Source: an uncultured virus (IMG/VR IMGVR_UViG_3300046524_000073)
Taxonomy: Duplodnaviria > Heunggongvirae > Uroviricota > Caudoviricetes
IMG/VR virus record: IMGVR_UViG_3300046524_000073
Reading direction: 5' to 3' (one strand)
DNA length: 64,000 nucleotides
Numbering within the stretch: the first letter of the stretch is position 1; every line of letters starts with the position of its first letter. Shown here piece after piece: positions 1 to 8,453 of this stretch. The translations under genes were made by a program, and so were the position numbers. The notes beneath the pieces were generated by a model that had not been told where the DNA came from, searched no databases, and saw only the letters and a program-made list of their open reading frames with translations.

Positions 1-183
1 AAAACCAACATCGCCCGCAAGCAGGCGCAGAGCGACGCCATGGCGGCCGAAATGGTGGCCCTGATGCGCGAGATCACCAAGAAACAGATTGAAGGCGCCC
101 GGAGCGGGACCGAGGCTTACCGTCCGATGACCCCGCTCGTCCTTCCTGCATGGATTTTCGATAACGTGGAGTATGCCCAGTGA
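1..183 (+). CDS. Probable C-terminal end of the SF2/SNF2-like helicase (partial)
   Basis: Frame 1 open from base 1 (KTNIARKQAQSDAMAAEMVALMRE...YAQ*); its TGA overlaps the GTG of the methylase; plausible continuation of 63019-64000. Confidence 0.75.
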   Translation, partial: KTNIARKQAQSDAMAAEMVALMREITKKQIEGARSGTEAYRPMTPLVLPAWIFDNVEYAQ

Positions 184-1058
184 ACTGCATCGCACAAGAG
201 ATTCAGGACAGGTTTTCGCTTTTTAATATGGATTGCGTCGACCTATCCCGTTCGTTGCCGGAAAACTCCATCGACTTCTCGGTATATTCGCCGCCGTTCG
301 AATCCCTGTTCGTGTTCAGCAACTCCGAACGGGACATGGGCAACAACGCCTCAAGTGCGGATTTCTGGACGCACTACCGGTTCCTGATCGCAGAACAAAT
401 TCGCATCATGAAGCCGGGGCGGCTGGTTGCGATTCATTGCATGCAACTCCCGACGTCAAAGACGCGAGACGGCTATATCGGCCTGAAAGACTTCCGCGGC
501 GAGATTATCCGGGCGCATCAGGAGGCCGGGTTCATTTACCACTCGGAAGTGTGCATTTGGAAAGACCCCGTAGTTGCAATGCAGCGCACCAAGGCACTCG
601 GCCTGCTCTACAAGCAGCTTCGCAAAGACAGCGCTATGAGCCGCCAGGGCATTGCCGACTATCTGGTCATCATGCGCAAGCCGGGCGAGAACCCGGAGCC
701 CGTGACGCACACGCATGAAAGCTTCCCGGTAGATATGTGGCAGCGCTACGCCTCGCCGGTCTGGATGGACATTAACCAGTCCAAGACGCTGCAGTACATG
801 AGTGCCCGAGAGAACGACGACGAGCGACATATCTCACCTTTGCAGCTTGACGTGATCGAGCGTGCGATTGAGCTATGGACCAACTCGAACGATCTTGTCT
901 ACACGCCATTCCTCGGCATTGGGAGCGAAGTCTACACAGCACTAAAAATGGGCCGGCGCGGCATCGGGTCCGAGCTCAAGCCGTCATATTTCAGGCTGGC
1001 GGTCGAGAACTGCAAGAGCGCAGTACACGACAGCCAAATCGATATGTTCGCCGCCTAA
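180..1058 (+). CDS. DNA methyltransferase, N4/N6 family (beta-class motif order; SPPF suggests N4-cytosine)
   Basis: YSPPF catalytic motif near the N-terminus, HISPLQLD, PFLGIGS SAM-binding motif, GSELK. Confidence 0.9.
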   Translation: MNCIAQEIQDRFSLFNMDCVDLSRSLPENSIDFSVYSPPFESLFVFSNSERDMGNNASSADFWTHYRFLIAEQIRIMKPGRLVAIHCMQLPTSKTRDGYIGLKDFRGEIIRAHQEAGFIYHSEVCIWKDPVVAMQRTKALGLLYKQLRKDSAMSRQGIADYLVIMRKPGENPEPVTHTHESFPVDMWQRYASPVWMDINQSKTLQYMSARENDDERHISPLQLDVIERAIELWTNSNDLVYTPFLGIGSEVYTALKMGRRGIGSELKPSYFRLAVENCKSAVHDSQIDMFAA

Positions 1059-1093
1059 CCCCATCCGCGCAGCGCGCGAAGCAATCGAACAAG

Positions 1094-1404
1094 TGAGGAC
1101 GATATGACAACCATCAACGAACTTTGCGCCCGCCAATACGACTGGGTCGAGCGCATGGGCTGGCACAACAAAACGGTGCTCGAAGCGCTGGCGCTGATCG
1201 CATCAGAAGTCGGCGAGGCAGTCAACGAGTGCCGCGGCGAAGCACCGACCGAGGCTTTCGGCGAGGAGCTTGCAGACATTCTGCTGCGCACCTTCGATCT
1301 GGCCCGGTGGCAGGGAATCGACCTGGAAGCCGCCATTCTGCGAAAGATGGCGATCAACGAACAACGCGGCACACGCGGCCGGCGGATCTGAGGACGATAT
1401 GACA
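1094..1404 (+). repeat. 16-bp direct repeat TGAGGACGATATGACA flanking the MazG-like gene
   Basis: Exact copies at 1094-1109 and 1389-1404. Confidence 0.9.
1104..1391 (+). CDS. MazG-like nucleotide pyrophosphohydrolase
   Basis: SEVGEA...EELADI acidic motifs, KMAINEQR; GAGG RBS. Confidence 0.85.
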   Translation: MTTINELCARQYDWVERMGWHNKTVLEALALIASEVGEAVNECRGEAPTEAFGEELADILLRTFDLARWQGIDLEAAILRKMAINEQRGTRGRRI

Positions 1405-2067
1405 CAGAACACTAAAGACGCAGTGCCGACACAGACCCTCGCCGAGCAGGCGGAAACCCTGCAACGAGTCTATGACCTCGTTGGCATGGGAGCTCTCGCG
1501 CGGACGCCGGGCATCCTGTTGACGAACCTCGAAAACATGAAGCGCCGCTCGGACTGCCTGTCCGGTATCGAGCAGCTTTTCACATACGAGGTGCCCGACG
1601 ACGACATGCCTGACGAGATGATCGATGAGTGCGATCTCAACTGGGGTCAATGCCGAGCCGAGTACGTCGAGACGTTCAAGGCGGCGCTCCCGGCATTCAT
1701 CGCACGCCATACGGAATACGCCCCCACCGCCGAGCAGGCAGAGGGATTGCGGGCGAGTTTGTCCGAGCGCTTGATCGCTGCGATTGAGGGCGAATGCGAC
1801 GGCCTTGCGATCACCGACGAGCAGGCATCGAACGTCCTCGCTTATCTGCAATACGGATCACCGTTGGATGACGTTAGGCGCGACGCAGAGCGCTATCGCA
1901 AGCTGCGCGACGCCGACATCAACGCGATCCACAAAGGCGGCGTATTCGCTGGCCTGACACCGGACAACGTGGTGATCAACGGTGAGGATTTGGACATCGC
2001 GGTCGATTTGCTGATCGATGCCCCTGCTGCATCTACCGGGGAGCAGGAGAGCAGCGATGGACTCTGA
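1399..2067 (+). CDS. Hypothetical phage early protein (mosaic)
   Basis: RBS plus ATG at 1399; DAERYRKLR module; overlaps next gene. Confidence 0.75.
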   Translation: MTQNTKDAVPTQTLAEQAETLQRVYDLVGMGALARTPGILLTNLENMKRRSDCLSGIEQLFTYEVPDDDMPDEMIDECDLNWGQCRAEYVETFKAALPAFIARHTEYAPTAEQAEGLRASLSERLIAAIEGECDGLAITDEQASNVLAYLQYGSPLDDVRRDAERYRKLRDADINAIHKGGVFAGLTPDNVVINGEDLDIAVDLLIDAPAASTGEQESSDGL

Positions 2068-2575
2068 ACCGCGCACGATCACTCTCTCGGGTGGCGAGGT
2101 CGCAATCGTCGATGAAGCAGACTACGCGCTAGTTTCTCAACACACGTGGCGGTTGGGTGAAAAAGGCTACGCGGTTGCGAAAATCTGCGTAGACGGAAAG
2201 CGTCTTAACGTTCGCATGCATCGTCTGATCATGGGCTTGCGAAACGGGGATCCCAGGCACATCGACCACAGAAACCGAGTTCGCCTAGATAACAGGCGGA
2301 ACAACCTAAGGATTTGCACGATAGCCGAAAACAATCGCAATGTAGGAGTCAGATCCAACAGTAAATCTGGATATAAAGGCGTCTCGTGGAATAAACAGAG
2401 GGGTCGCTGGCACAGCCGAATCGGGGCGAATGGAAAGGTAATCCATCTGGGATATTTCGATACGGCAGAGCAGGCCCATGAGGCTTTCGTTAAGGCAGCA
2501 CGAGAGCTACACAAAGACTTCTTCTGCGAACGAAATCTGAAGCTCACAACCGGTCAAATGGAGGCTCGACCATGA
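2057..2575 (+). CDS. HNH endonuclease with C-terminal AP2 domain
   Basis: MHRLIM...IDHRNRVRLDNRRNNLR; SGYKGVSW...HLGYFDTAEQA. Confidence 0.9.
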   Translation: MDSEPRTITLSGGEVAIVDEADYALVSQHTWRLGEKGYAVAKICVDGKRLNVRMHRLIMGLRNGDPRHIDHRNRVRLDNRRNNLRICTIAENNRNVGVRSNSKSGYKGVSWNKQRGRWHSRIGANGKVIHLGYFDTAEQAHEAFVKAARELHKDFFCERNLKLTTGQMEARP

Positions 2576-3729
2576 ACAAAGAGAATAAAACTGTCGTTGA
2601 GCCGATCGGCTATGTCAACGCTGAGTGGTACAAATATCGCAGGGGCACGACGACGCTCTATCCAGAGTCTCACCCGCGAATTGCTACATCACCGCTTTAC
2701 GCCGCCCCGCAACTATCCCAGCCCGTGGAAGCTGGCGAGACGTGCGCGCACGACTACGTGCGTTCGGACAGCGTATGCACGGAGTGCGGCGAAAAATCTG
2801 CCGTGGTGCTGGACGATGAGCGGGTTAGCGGCCTGACGGATGGTTTGCGCAGCGCACTCGAATGGGCGATTCAAGCTTCATGCTTTGAAGCGACGATTGA
2901 GGCAAGTGCCGCGCGAGGTGAACTCGAGGCCATCCTAGCCAGAACGGGTGAAAACGAAAGCGAGGCACTTGATATAGCCGAAAGGCTTGAAGAGATTTCA
3001 GAAAGAATCACGCGATTCAGCAACCTCACCGGGGACGGAATTGCTGCACGCGCTGCGCAGCTTTTGCGAGAATTTGCCGCGAAATCACTCGTCTACACCG
3101 CCCCGCCAGTGCACACCGCCAATGTGGCGCAGGACGAGTGCCGGGACGCATTCGACGTAATGCACCGTCGCGCAATGAATGCCGAAGCCAACGTGAGGGA
3201 ACTGGTATCACAAGCCCGCGCCGCATCCCCGCAAGCCACGGCGACGCTGACGGATGCGCAGCGTCAGGCGATTCTCCACCAGTGCCGTCTGTATCTGGAT
3301 GATGAGTCGGGCAAGTACAACGCTAAATCGGTGTTGACGCGCATTTTCTCGATTACCGCCGAGCAAGTCACGGCGACGCAGCCAGTGCAGACAGTCAATG
3401 CCGTGATGCAGGCGGTCGAAACCGGCATTGCCGATGAAAGAGAGGAAGTGTCACAGGCAGTCTGGAAGGCGATTGAAGTCCGCGTGAGAGCCGCATTGAC
3501 TGCCACCCAACCAGCACAGACGGAGCGGGCGCTGACGGATGATGCGCGCGACGCTGACCGGTATCGGCGGCTACGAGCCCAGCAGTGGAATTCGTCGGAT
3601 CTGTTCGTGGTCGCTGGCGGTAAGTCAGTGGTCCGGCTGGGCACCGAATGTCCTACTCACGATCGGCTGGACGCCCTCGTCGATGCTCTGACCGCCGCGC
3701 AGCCAGCAAGCGGAGGTGATCATGAGTGA
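2572..3729 (+). CDS. Hypothetical mosaic early protein (Ead/Ea22-like)
   Basis: 385-aa ORF with ATGA overlap; PLYAAP, LVYTAP and DADRYRRLR modules; small Cys/His cluster. Confidence 0.75.
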   Translation: MNKENKTVVEPIGYVNAEWYKYRRGTTTLYPESHPRIATSPLYAAPQLSQPVEAGETCAHDYVRSDSVCTECGEKSAVVLDDERVSGLTDGLRSALEWAIQASCFEATIEASAARGELEAILARTGENESEALDIAERLEEISERITRFSNLTGDGIAARAAQLLREFAAKSLVYTAPPVHTANVAQDECRDAFDVMHRRAMNAEANVRELVSQARAASPQATATLTDAQRQAILHQCRLYLDDESGKYNAKSVLTRIFSITAEQVTATQPVQTVNAVMQAVETGIADEREEVSQAVWKAIEVRVRAALTATQPAQTERALTDDARDADRYRRLRAQQWNSSDLFVVAGGKSVVRLGTECPTHDRLDALVDALTAAQPASGGDHE

Positions 3730-4018
3730 TCTCATACTTCCGCTGAAGGGCGAGTATTTCGACGATATTGCCGCCGGCCGCAAACCGGAGGAATTCCGCC
3801 TTGCGAATGACTACTGGCGCACGCGTCTCGTGGATCGCCAATACGATCGCATCGTGCTCACACGCGGCTACCCCAAGCGCGATGACCACACGCGCCGACT
3901 TATCCGGCCGTGGCGCGGCTATGTCATGCACACGATCACACACCAGCACTTCGGCGCCGAGCCGGTCGAAGTGTTCGCGATTAATGTTCGCGCCCTTGCC
4001 GCTGGAGACAAAGCATGA
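3722..4018 (+). CDS. ASCH/PUA-like domain protein
   Basis: LPLKGEYFDDIAAGRKPEEFR motif. Confidence 0.75.
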   Translation: MSDLILPLKGEYFDDIAAGRKPEEFRLANDYWRTRLVDRQYDRIVLTRGYPKRDDHTRRLIRPWRGYVMHTITHQHFGAEPVEVFAINVRALAAGDKA

Positions 4019-4407
4019 GTGACCTAGCTCAGAGACTGCGCGAGAAATCGCAAGGCCGCGTGAAGTGGTTCGCGATGAACAAGGCCGAGTCTGCGTACTT
4101 TATCGACTTCAACACAATGTGGGAGGCAGGCGAGTGGTACGAACGTCAGAAAAAAGACTACGACAGGTGGCTTGAGCGCGAAGGCGTCCACATCGTCGAG
4201 CAGCGCGTTTTTACTGAGTTGGAAGAACTCGCAACGGAAGCTGCCGACGCTCTCGAGGCAGCGAGCACCAGAATTGCTGAACTCGAAGCAGAGCGAGATG
4301 CCATGAAACAAGATATCGATCGGCATATTGCCAATCACGCAGCCGATCTTGATGCCGCAGAGCAAACCATCGACGCCGCCCTCGCCAAACAACAGGACCA
4401 AACATGA
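4015..4407 (+). CDS. Hypothetical protein
   Basis: ATGA-coupled; C-terminal coiled coil. Confidence 0.7.
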   Translation: MSDLAQRLREKSQGRVKWFAMNKAESAYFIDFNTMWEAGEWYERQKKDYDRWLEREGVHIVEQRVFTELEELATEAADALEAASTRIAELEAERDAMKQDIDRHIANHAADLDAAEQTIDAALAKQQDQT

Positions 4408-4574
4408 AGACTTGGACATTCGAATCCGCCATCGAGTGGATCAAAGGCTCATTCCGTTGGCCCGGCGGCATGATCCGCGCGCGGCCCGGATATAAGCCCA
4501 CTGACCTTGATCTGCAGGCTATCGCGTACCTGTGCGATGAATGGCAGTTTGCATGGGAGGGAGTGCCCGCATGA
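4404..4574 (+). CDS. Small hypothetical protein (56 aa, MKTWTFESAIEW...)
   Basis: Translated by hand; ATGA overlaps at both ends. Confidence 0.65.
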   Translation: MKTWTFESAIEWIKGSFRWPGGMIRARPGYKPTDLDLQAIAYLCDEWQFAWEGVPA

Positions 4575-4774
4575 ACCATACCAACAGCCGCCGCGCCTAC
4601 GAAGACTCTCACCGCGTGTTCTCTCTGGCGAAGCAGCCGACCGCGCATCAGGTGCATGACCTTTGCGGGAAATTCACGCAGATGGCTGCGGATCTGCTGG
4701 GTGGACAGGTGGCACTTGCGCTGCCAGTCGGGATGCGAGTTGTGCGCGAGCCGGTTATGGCTAGGAGGGCGTGA
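4571..4774 (+). CDS. Small hypothetical protein
   Basis: ATGA and GTGA overlaps; GGAG RBS. Confidence 0.6.
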   Translation: MNHTNSRRAYEDSHRVFSLAKQPTAHQVHDLCGKFTQMAADLLGGQVALALPVGMRVVREPVMARRA

Positions 4775-5121
4775 TGATCCACCAAAAGCAGATTGTCTGG
4801 TTCGGCCGTGACTGCACGCTTGCCTGTGATGGTAAGTGCGACAAGGCATGGGGCATCACCAATCGACCATCCGTGAGCTTCGACCAGGAAGAGCCCGATG
4901 ATATCGCGTGGCTCACGGATCACGAGCTTGTCGAGGCGCCGATTTGCACTGGAGTTTGGGAAGGCGGGCACGGCAAGCCGACTGGGCCGCACGAGATGAA
5001 CAAGTGGTGCGCCCGCGAGTGCGAACGAAGCGGAATCTTTGAACAGGGTGAAAACATCGTGCTTTCAGATTTTTCAGTGCGCCAATACAACATGCCAAGT
5101 CGGCATACGGAGCAGACATGA
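4771..5121 (+). CDS. Cys-rich hypothetical protein
   Basis: CDGKCDKAWG...NKWCARECERS; coupled overlaps. Confidence 0.75.
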   Translation: MMIHQKQIVWFGRDCTLACDGKCDKAWGITNRPSVSFDQEEPDDIAWLTDHELVEAPICTGVWEGGHGKPTGPHEMNKWCARECERSGIFEQGENIVLSDFSVRQYNMPSRHTEQT

Positions 5122-5357
5122 GCACCCGCACGATTTTGGAAATCAACCACGACCAGCTCCACGCCCTCAAATGGGACGAGGAATTCTGGACGAATCTGCT
5201 GTCTCGTCTCGGTAGCGCCCACTACGGCGCTGACCTGAATGCAGCCAACGAAGCGGGGCGCTCAATCGACATCGGGCATGGCGTGCGGATCGTTTTGCAG
5301 CGGCATCACAGCACCGACGCGACGGTTAAGACTGAGTATGCGGAGGTGAGGCTGTGA
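5118..5357 (+). CDS. Hypothetical protein
   Basis: ATGA overlap, GGAG RBS. Confidence 0.7.
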   Translation: MSTRTILEINHDQLHALKWDEEFWTNLLSRLGSAHYGADLNAANEAGRSIDIGHGVRIVLQRHHSTDATVKTEYAEVRL

Positions 5358-5590
5358 AGGCATACGCACTCGTGCAAGGCCCCCGCCGCAAGGTGCTCTA
5401 CGTTTCAGATTCATGCGCCATGTTGTGGACGCTCGGAGCGGAGACGTTCGAGCCGTCCGGGTCGGTTAGCTTTAGAAGGAACGAGCGCGCCATCTGCAAG
5501 GCAAACGACGCCTACATCGTGCGCGTTGACTACAAGCTGGGCGATCCTATCACGGCGCCGCGGAAGAGGGTGGAGAAGCGGGCGGCATGA
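5354..5590 (+). CDS. Hypothetical protein
   Basis: GTGA overlap. Confidence 0.6.
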   Translation: MKAYALVQGPRRKVLYVSDSCAMLWTLGAETFEPSGSVSFRRNERAICKANDAYIVRVDYKLGDPITAPRKRVEKRAA

Positions 5591-5652
5591 TCGAAGCAGA
5601 AGCAAAACGGGTGATTGATACCACAAGACGGGAATGGTTTGGGAGGTAGGGA

Positions 5653-5868
5653 ATGAGCGATTCGATGTTTCTGGACGATGACGGGCTGACCGAATTGACA
5701 GGCAAGCGCCGCAATTCGGCCCGCATCAGGGTGCTTAATGGTATGGGAGTGCAGCATAAGATTCGGCCTGATGGTTCGATAGCCGTGTTGCGCGCGCATG
5801 TGGACCGACTCTTCGGGGAAAAGGGCGCAAAGAGTAAAATTGCCGAGTGGCAACCATCCTGGGCTTAA
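5653..5868 (+). CDS. DUF4224-like protein, probable excisionase/recombination directionality factor
   Basis: FLDDDGLTELTGKRR...L..MGV...RPDG; directly upstream of the integrase. Confidence 0.8.
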   Translation: MSDSMFLDDDGLTELTGKRRNSARIRVLNGMGVQHKIRPDGSIAVLRAHVDRLFGEKGAKSKIAEWQPSWA

Positions 5869-5869
5869 C

Positions 5870-6922
5870 ATGCCGCGCCCGAAAAACAAGGAAAACCAAG
5901 GCCTGCCGAAGCGATGGACGCTCCATCATGGGGCGTACTATTACCAAGTGCCAGCCGGCCAGGAAATGGCGTGGGATGGAAAGCGAAAATTTCGTCTCGG
6001 GGACAATTTGCCGGAGGCGTATCGCGTGTGGGGCGAACGCGTTGGTCGGGTCGACAAAATCCGGACAGTCGGGCAACTTCTTGAGCAGTATGCGCGCGAG
6101 ATAGTCCCAACGAAAGCGCCGTCTACGCAGACCCAGAACGTCGCCGCCATGAAGGAACTCTTGAAGGAGTTCAATGGTGCGCCGCTCAGTTCAATGACCC
6201 CGCCCATTATCTATGGGTATCTCAGGAAGCGCACCGCCAAGGTATCAGCGAAGCGTGAAATTGAGGTGCTGTCGCATGCCCTGACCAAGGCCGTAGAGTG
6301 GGGATACATCGAAAAGCACCCGTTTGCGTGGCAGATGCGGATCGAGTCGGACGCGCCGCGCACTCGGTACGTGGAAGACTGGGAGATCGTCGAATGCCTG
6401 TCCATCGAATCAAAGCGGAAGAAGGGCAGCATTCTAGCCGTCCAGTCGTACATCCGCGTGAAGTTGCTCACGGGAATGCGCCGCGGCGATCTGTTGCGCC
6501 TGAGCATGTCCGCGTTGCAAGATGATGGCATTCACCTGACGCCGAACAAGACCAAGAAGTCGAGCGGCAAGCGCGTCATCATCGAGTGGTCCGAGGAGCT
6601 ACGGGAAGCGGTCGCCATGGCAAAGGCAGCGCGCCCGGTGATGATCGGCCCATTCCTGTTTTGCAACCGATCGGGCGAGTGCTACATCGACGAGGCGACG
6701 GGCAGGGCCGGAGGGTGGGAGTCACTGTGGCGCGGATTCATGGCGCGCGTGCTGAAAGAAACGAAAGTCACTGAGCGCTTCACGGAGCACGACTTGCGGG
6801 CGAAGTGCGCCAGCGACGCCGAGACATTAGTGCATGCCCAGCAACTTATGACGCACGCAGACAGCAAGATCACAGAGCGCGTTTATCGGCGAAAACCGGA
6901 GATGGTGAGGCCGCTAAGGTAG
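5870..6922 (+). CDS. int: Tyrosine recombinase (phage integrase)
   Basis: TGMRRGDL (R), KTKK (K), HDLR, THAD, RVY catalytic residues. Confidence 0.95.
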   Translation: MPRPKNKENQGLPKRWTLHHGAYYYQVPAGQEMAWDGKRKFRLGDNLPEAYRVWGERVGRVDKIRTVGQLLEQYAREIVPTKAPSTQTQNVAAMKELLKEFNGAPLSSMTPPIIYGYLRKRTAKVSAKREIEVLSHALTKAVEWGYIEKHPFAWQMRIESDAPRTRYVEDWEIVECLSIESKRKKGSILAVQSYIRVKLLTGMRRGDLLRLSMSALQDDGIHLTPNKTKKSSGKRVIIEWSEELREAVAMAKAARPVMIGPFLFCNRSGECYIDEATGRAGGWESLWRGFMARVLKETKVTERFTEHDLRAKCASDAETLVHAQQLMTHADSKITERVYRRKPEMVRPLR

Positions 6923-7057
6923 GGCGGAAAATGGGTTATTCGCGTCGCGCAGTGCACGAAGGATCAAGGGTTGGCGGGACGTTTCTTCAATCACAATAAC
7001 CCACGTCTAAATGGCTCGAGCATTATCTGGCGCGGGTAACAGACGGATAAGCGTACG

Positions 7058-7100
7058 GGTTAATAACCTATCCGGGGTTCGAATCCCCGTCTCTCCGCCA
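7058..7100 (+). other. attP core: 3' portion of a tRNA-Ser gene
   Basis: Variable-arm fragment GGTTAATAACC, T arm CGGGG-TTCGAAT-CCCCG, acceptor strand TCTCTCC, G discriminator and CCA; no 5' half; 135 bp after int. Confidence 0.85.
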
Positions 7101-7110
7101 CCCGACAGAT

Positions 7111-7140
7111 AAGGCTCCCAGCTTGGGGGCCTTTTTGTTT
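7111..7140 (+). terminator. Intrinsic terminator after the attP tRNA fragment
   Basis: AAGGCTCCCA-GCT-TGGGGGCCTT followed by TTTGTTT. Confidence 0.8.
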
Positions 7141-7147
7141 TGGGTTA

Positions 7148-7822
7148 TCAGAATAGGTTTGGGTTATTGGAGGGAGGAGAATTCTTCTTCCTGGGCGGCA
7201 ACGGCTTAGGCTCAGCCGCCATCTCCTCAGCCGGAAACAGATTCAGAAACGACCGCGCTTCATCGGTTGATCGAGCGCCCAGCCAGTCGCCATATTCCTC
7301 CGGCCGCAAGATCACGACCGACCGTTTTTCGGCGCCGGGTCGATGGAAGCGGCGCATCAGCGGATGCTCGTCGGCGTTGACCGTCAGCATGGTGAACGAC
7401 AGGGCCACGCCGTCAGGATCCTCCCATGCGCGCCATAGACCAGCAATCGCGAACGGCTTACCACCGGGCATTCCAATCTGCCATCTCACGGCTTTGCCTG
7501 TCTCCCAGTTCGGCTCGTAGAAGCTCGCGCAGGGAATCAGGCACAGTTGCAACTTCTTCCACGCACCGCTGAAGCTGCGACGCTCGCCGATCGTCTCCGT
7601 CCGCGCGTTCATCGTGTCGAACTTCTTTACGTGAGCGGGAATGTGCTTGTACGGCACAAGGCCGAACGTGGCGGGGTCGGTGGATGACGCGCCGTCTACT
7701 CGCCTCAAAATCGGGGCGACATAGTCCTTGTAGGTCTCGGGCGGATAGTCGAACCGCGGAACCGGAAAATCGGTGAACGCGTCGAACAGATCGGCTTGAA
7801 GTGGCCGGTAGTTGGTGCACAT
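7148..7822 (-). CDS. SOS response-associated peptidase (SRAP/HMCES/YedK family)
   Basis: Cys2 N-terminus MCTNY, TMNARTET, CLIP...FYEP, AGLW, FTMLT, FH...KRS. Confidence 0.92.
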   Translation of the reverse strand: MCTNYRPLQADLFDAFTDFPVPRFDYPPETYKDYVAPILRRVDGASSTDPATFGLVPYKHIPAHVKKFDTMNARTETIGERRSFSGAWKKLQLCLIPCASFYEPNWETGKAVRWQIGMPGGKPFAIAGLWRAWEDPDGVALSFTMLTVNADEHPLMRRFHRPGAEKRSVVILRPEEYGDWLGARSTDEARSFLNLFPAEEMAAEPKPLPPRKKNSPPSNNPNLF

Positions 7823-7878
7823 GGAAGCCTCCGTGGATGCTCCATGATAGTGCCAGATGCGCCGAGCCGAATCCTGGC

Positions 7879-7903
7879 TATACTACTGTACATTCATACA
7901 GTA
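7879..7903. promoter_or_regulatory. LexA (SOS) box abutting a -10 element
   Basis: TACTGT-ACATTCAT-ACAGTA (CTGT-N8-ACAG at 7886-7901); TATACT at 7879-7884. Confidence 0.85.
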
Positions 7904-7909
7904 CTAGCC

Positions 7910-8212
7910 ATGCCAGATCACCCGCCCCTGACCGCCGCCCAACTGGCCGAAATCTACGATCGCGAGCCGACGCCCGCAGTCCTGCAATTGCTTCGCGAGA
8001 TCCGCCGGTTGCATGAGATCGTGCGTCGGGCCGATCAGATCCGGCAGATGTGCGCCGGATGCGCGCCGGTTGCTCAGGTGGTGTGGGATTGTTTCGTGCG
8101 CGAGCTGGATGCTGAACCGTGCCTCCGCGATCTGCCGACACCGCGACAGCAGCGGCGCATCGATGAGAGCGTGCGGAGGATAGAGGAACGGCGGAAGAAC
8201 GAACGGAGGTGA
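7910..8212 (+). CDS. Hypothetical protein, probably SOS-regulated
   Basis: ATG 6 bp after the LexA box; MPDHPPLTAAQLAEIY...LLREIRRL. Confidence 0.75.
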   Translation: MPDHPPLTAAQLAEIYDREPTPAVLQLLREIRRLHEIVRRADQIRQMCAGCAPVAQVVWDCFVRELDAEPCLRDLPTPRQQRRIDESVRRIEERRKNERR

Positions 8213-8451
8213 ATATGACGCTAGATGACCTGAACCAGTTTGGTATCGTGACCGCCTACATCGAGGATTCGGAACTCGGCAGGCGATATATCGCGTGCAT
8301 CGGGCAGCGGACGCTTGGCGGGATGAGGTCCAGCGACGGTCAATATTGGACGGGCGATACCGAGCTCGAGGCGGCTCGGCGGTGCTACGATGAATCGGGA
8401 TTCGGAGAGGTGCCGGATTCGGCTAAAGACGCGCCAGCTAGGCTGGGCTAG
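8209..8451 (+). CDS. Hypothetical protein
   Basis: GTGA overlap, GGAGG RBS (alternative ATG at 8215). Confidence 0.65.
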   Translation: MNMTLDDLNQFGIVTAYIEDSELGRRYIACIGQRTLGGMRSSDGQYWTGDTELEAARRCYDESGFGEVPDSAKDAPARLG

Positions 8452-8453
8452 GG

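Larger units (their letters stand above)
6932..7168. repeat. Putative integrase arm-type sites TGGGTTAT(T/C)
   Basis: Copies at 6932-6940, 6995-7003 (inverted), 7141-7149 and 7160-7168, on both sides of the tRNA fragment. Confidence 0.65.

Noticed and set aside
7040..7100. Complete tRNA gene
   Set aside because: Only the variable arm, T arm and 3' acceptor strand are present; there is no matching 5' GGAGAGA strand or D arm upstream. Treated as the att core.
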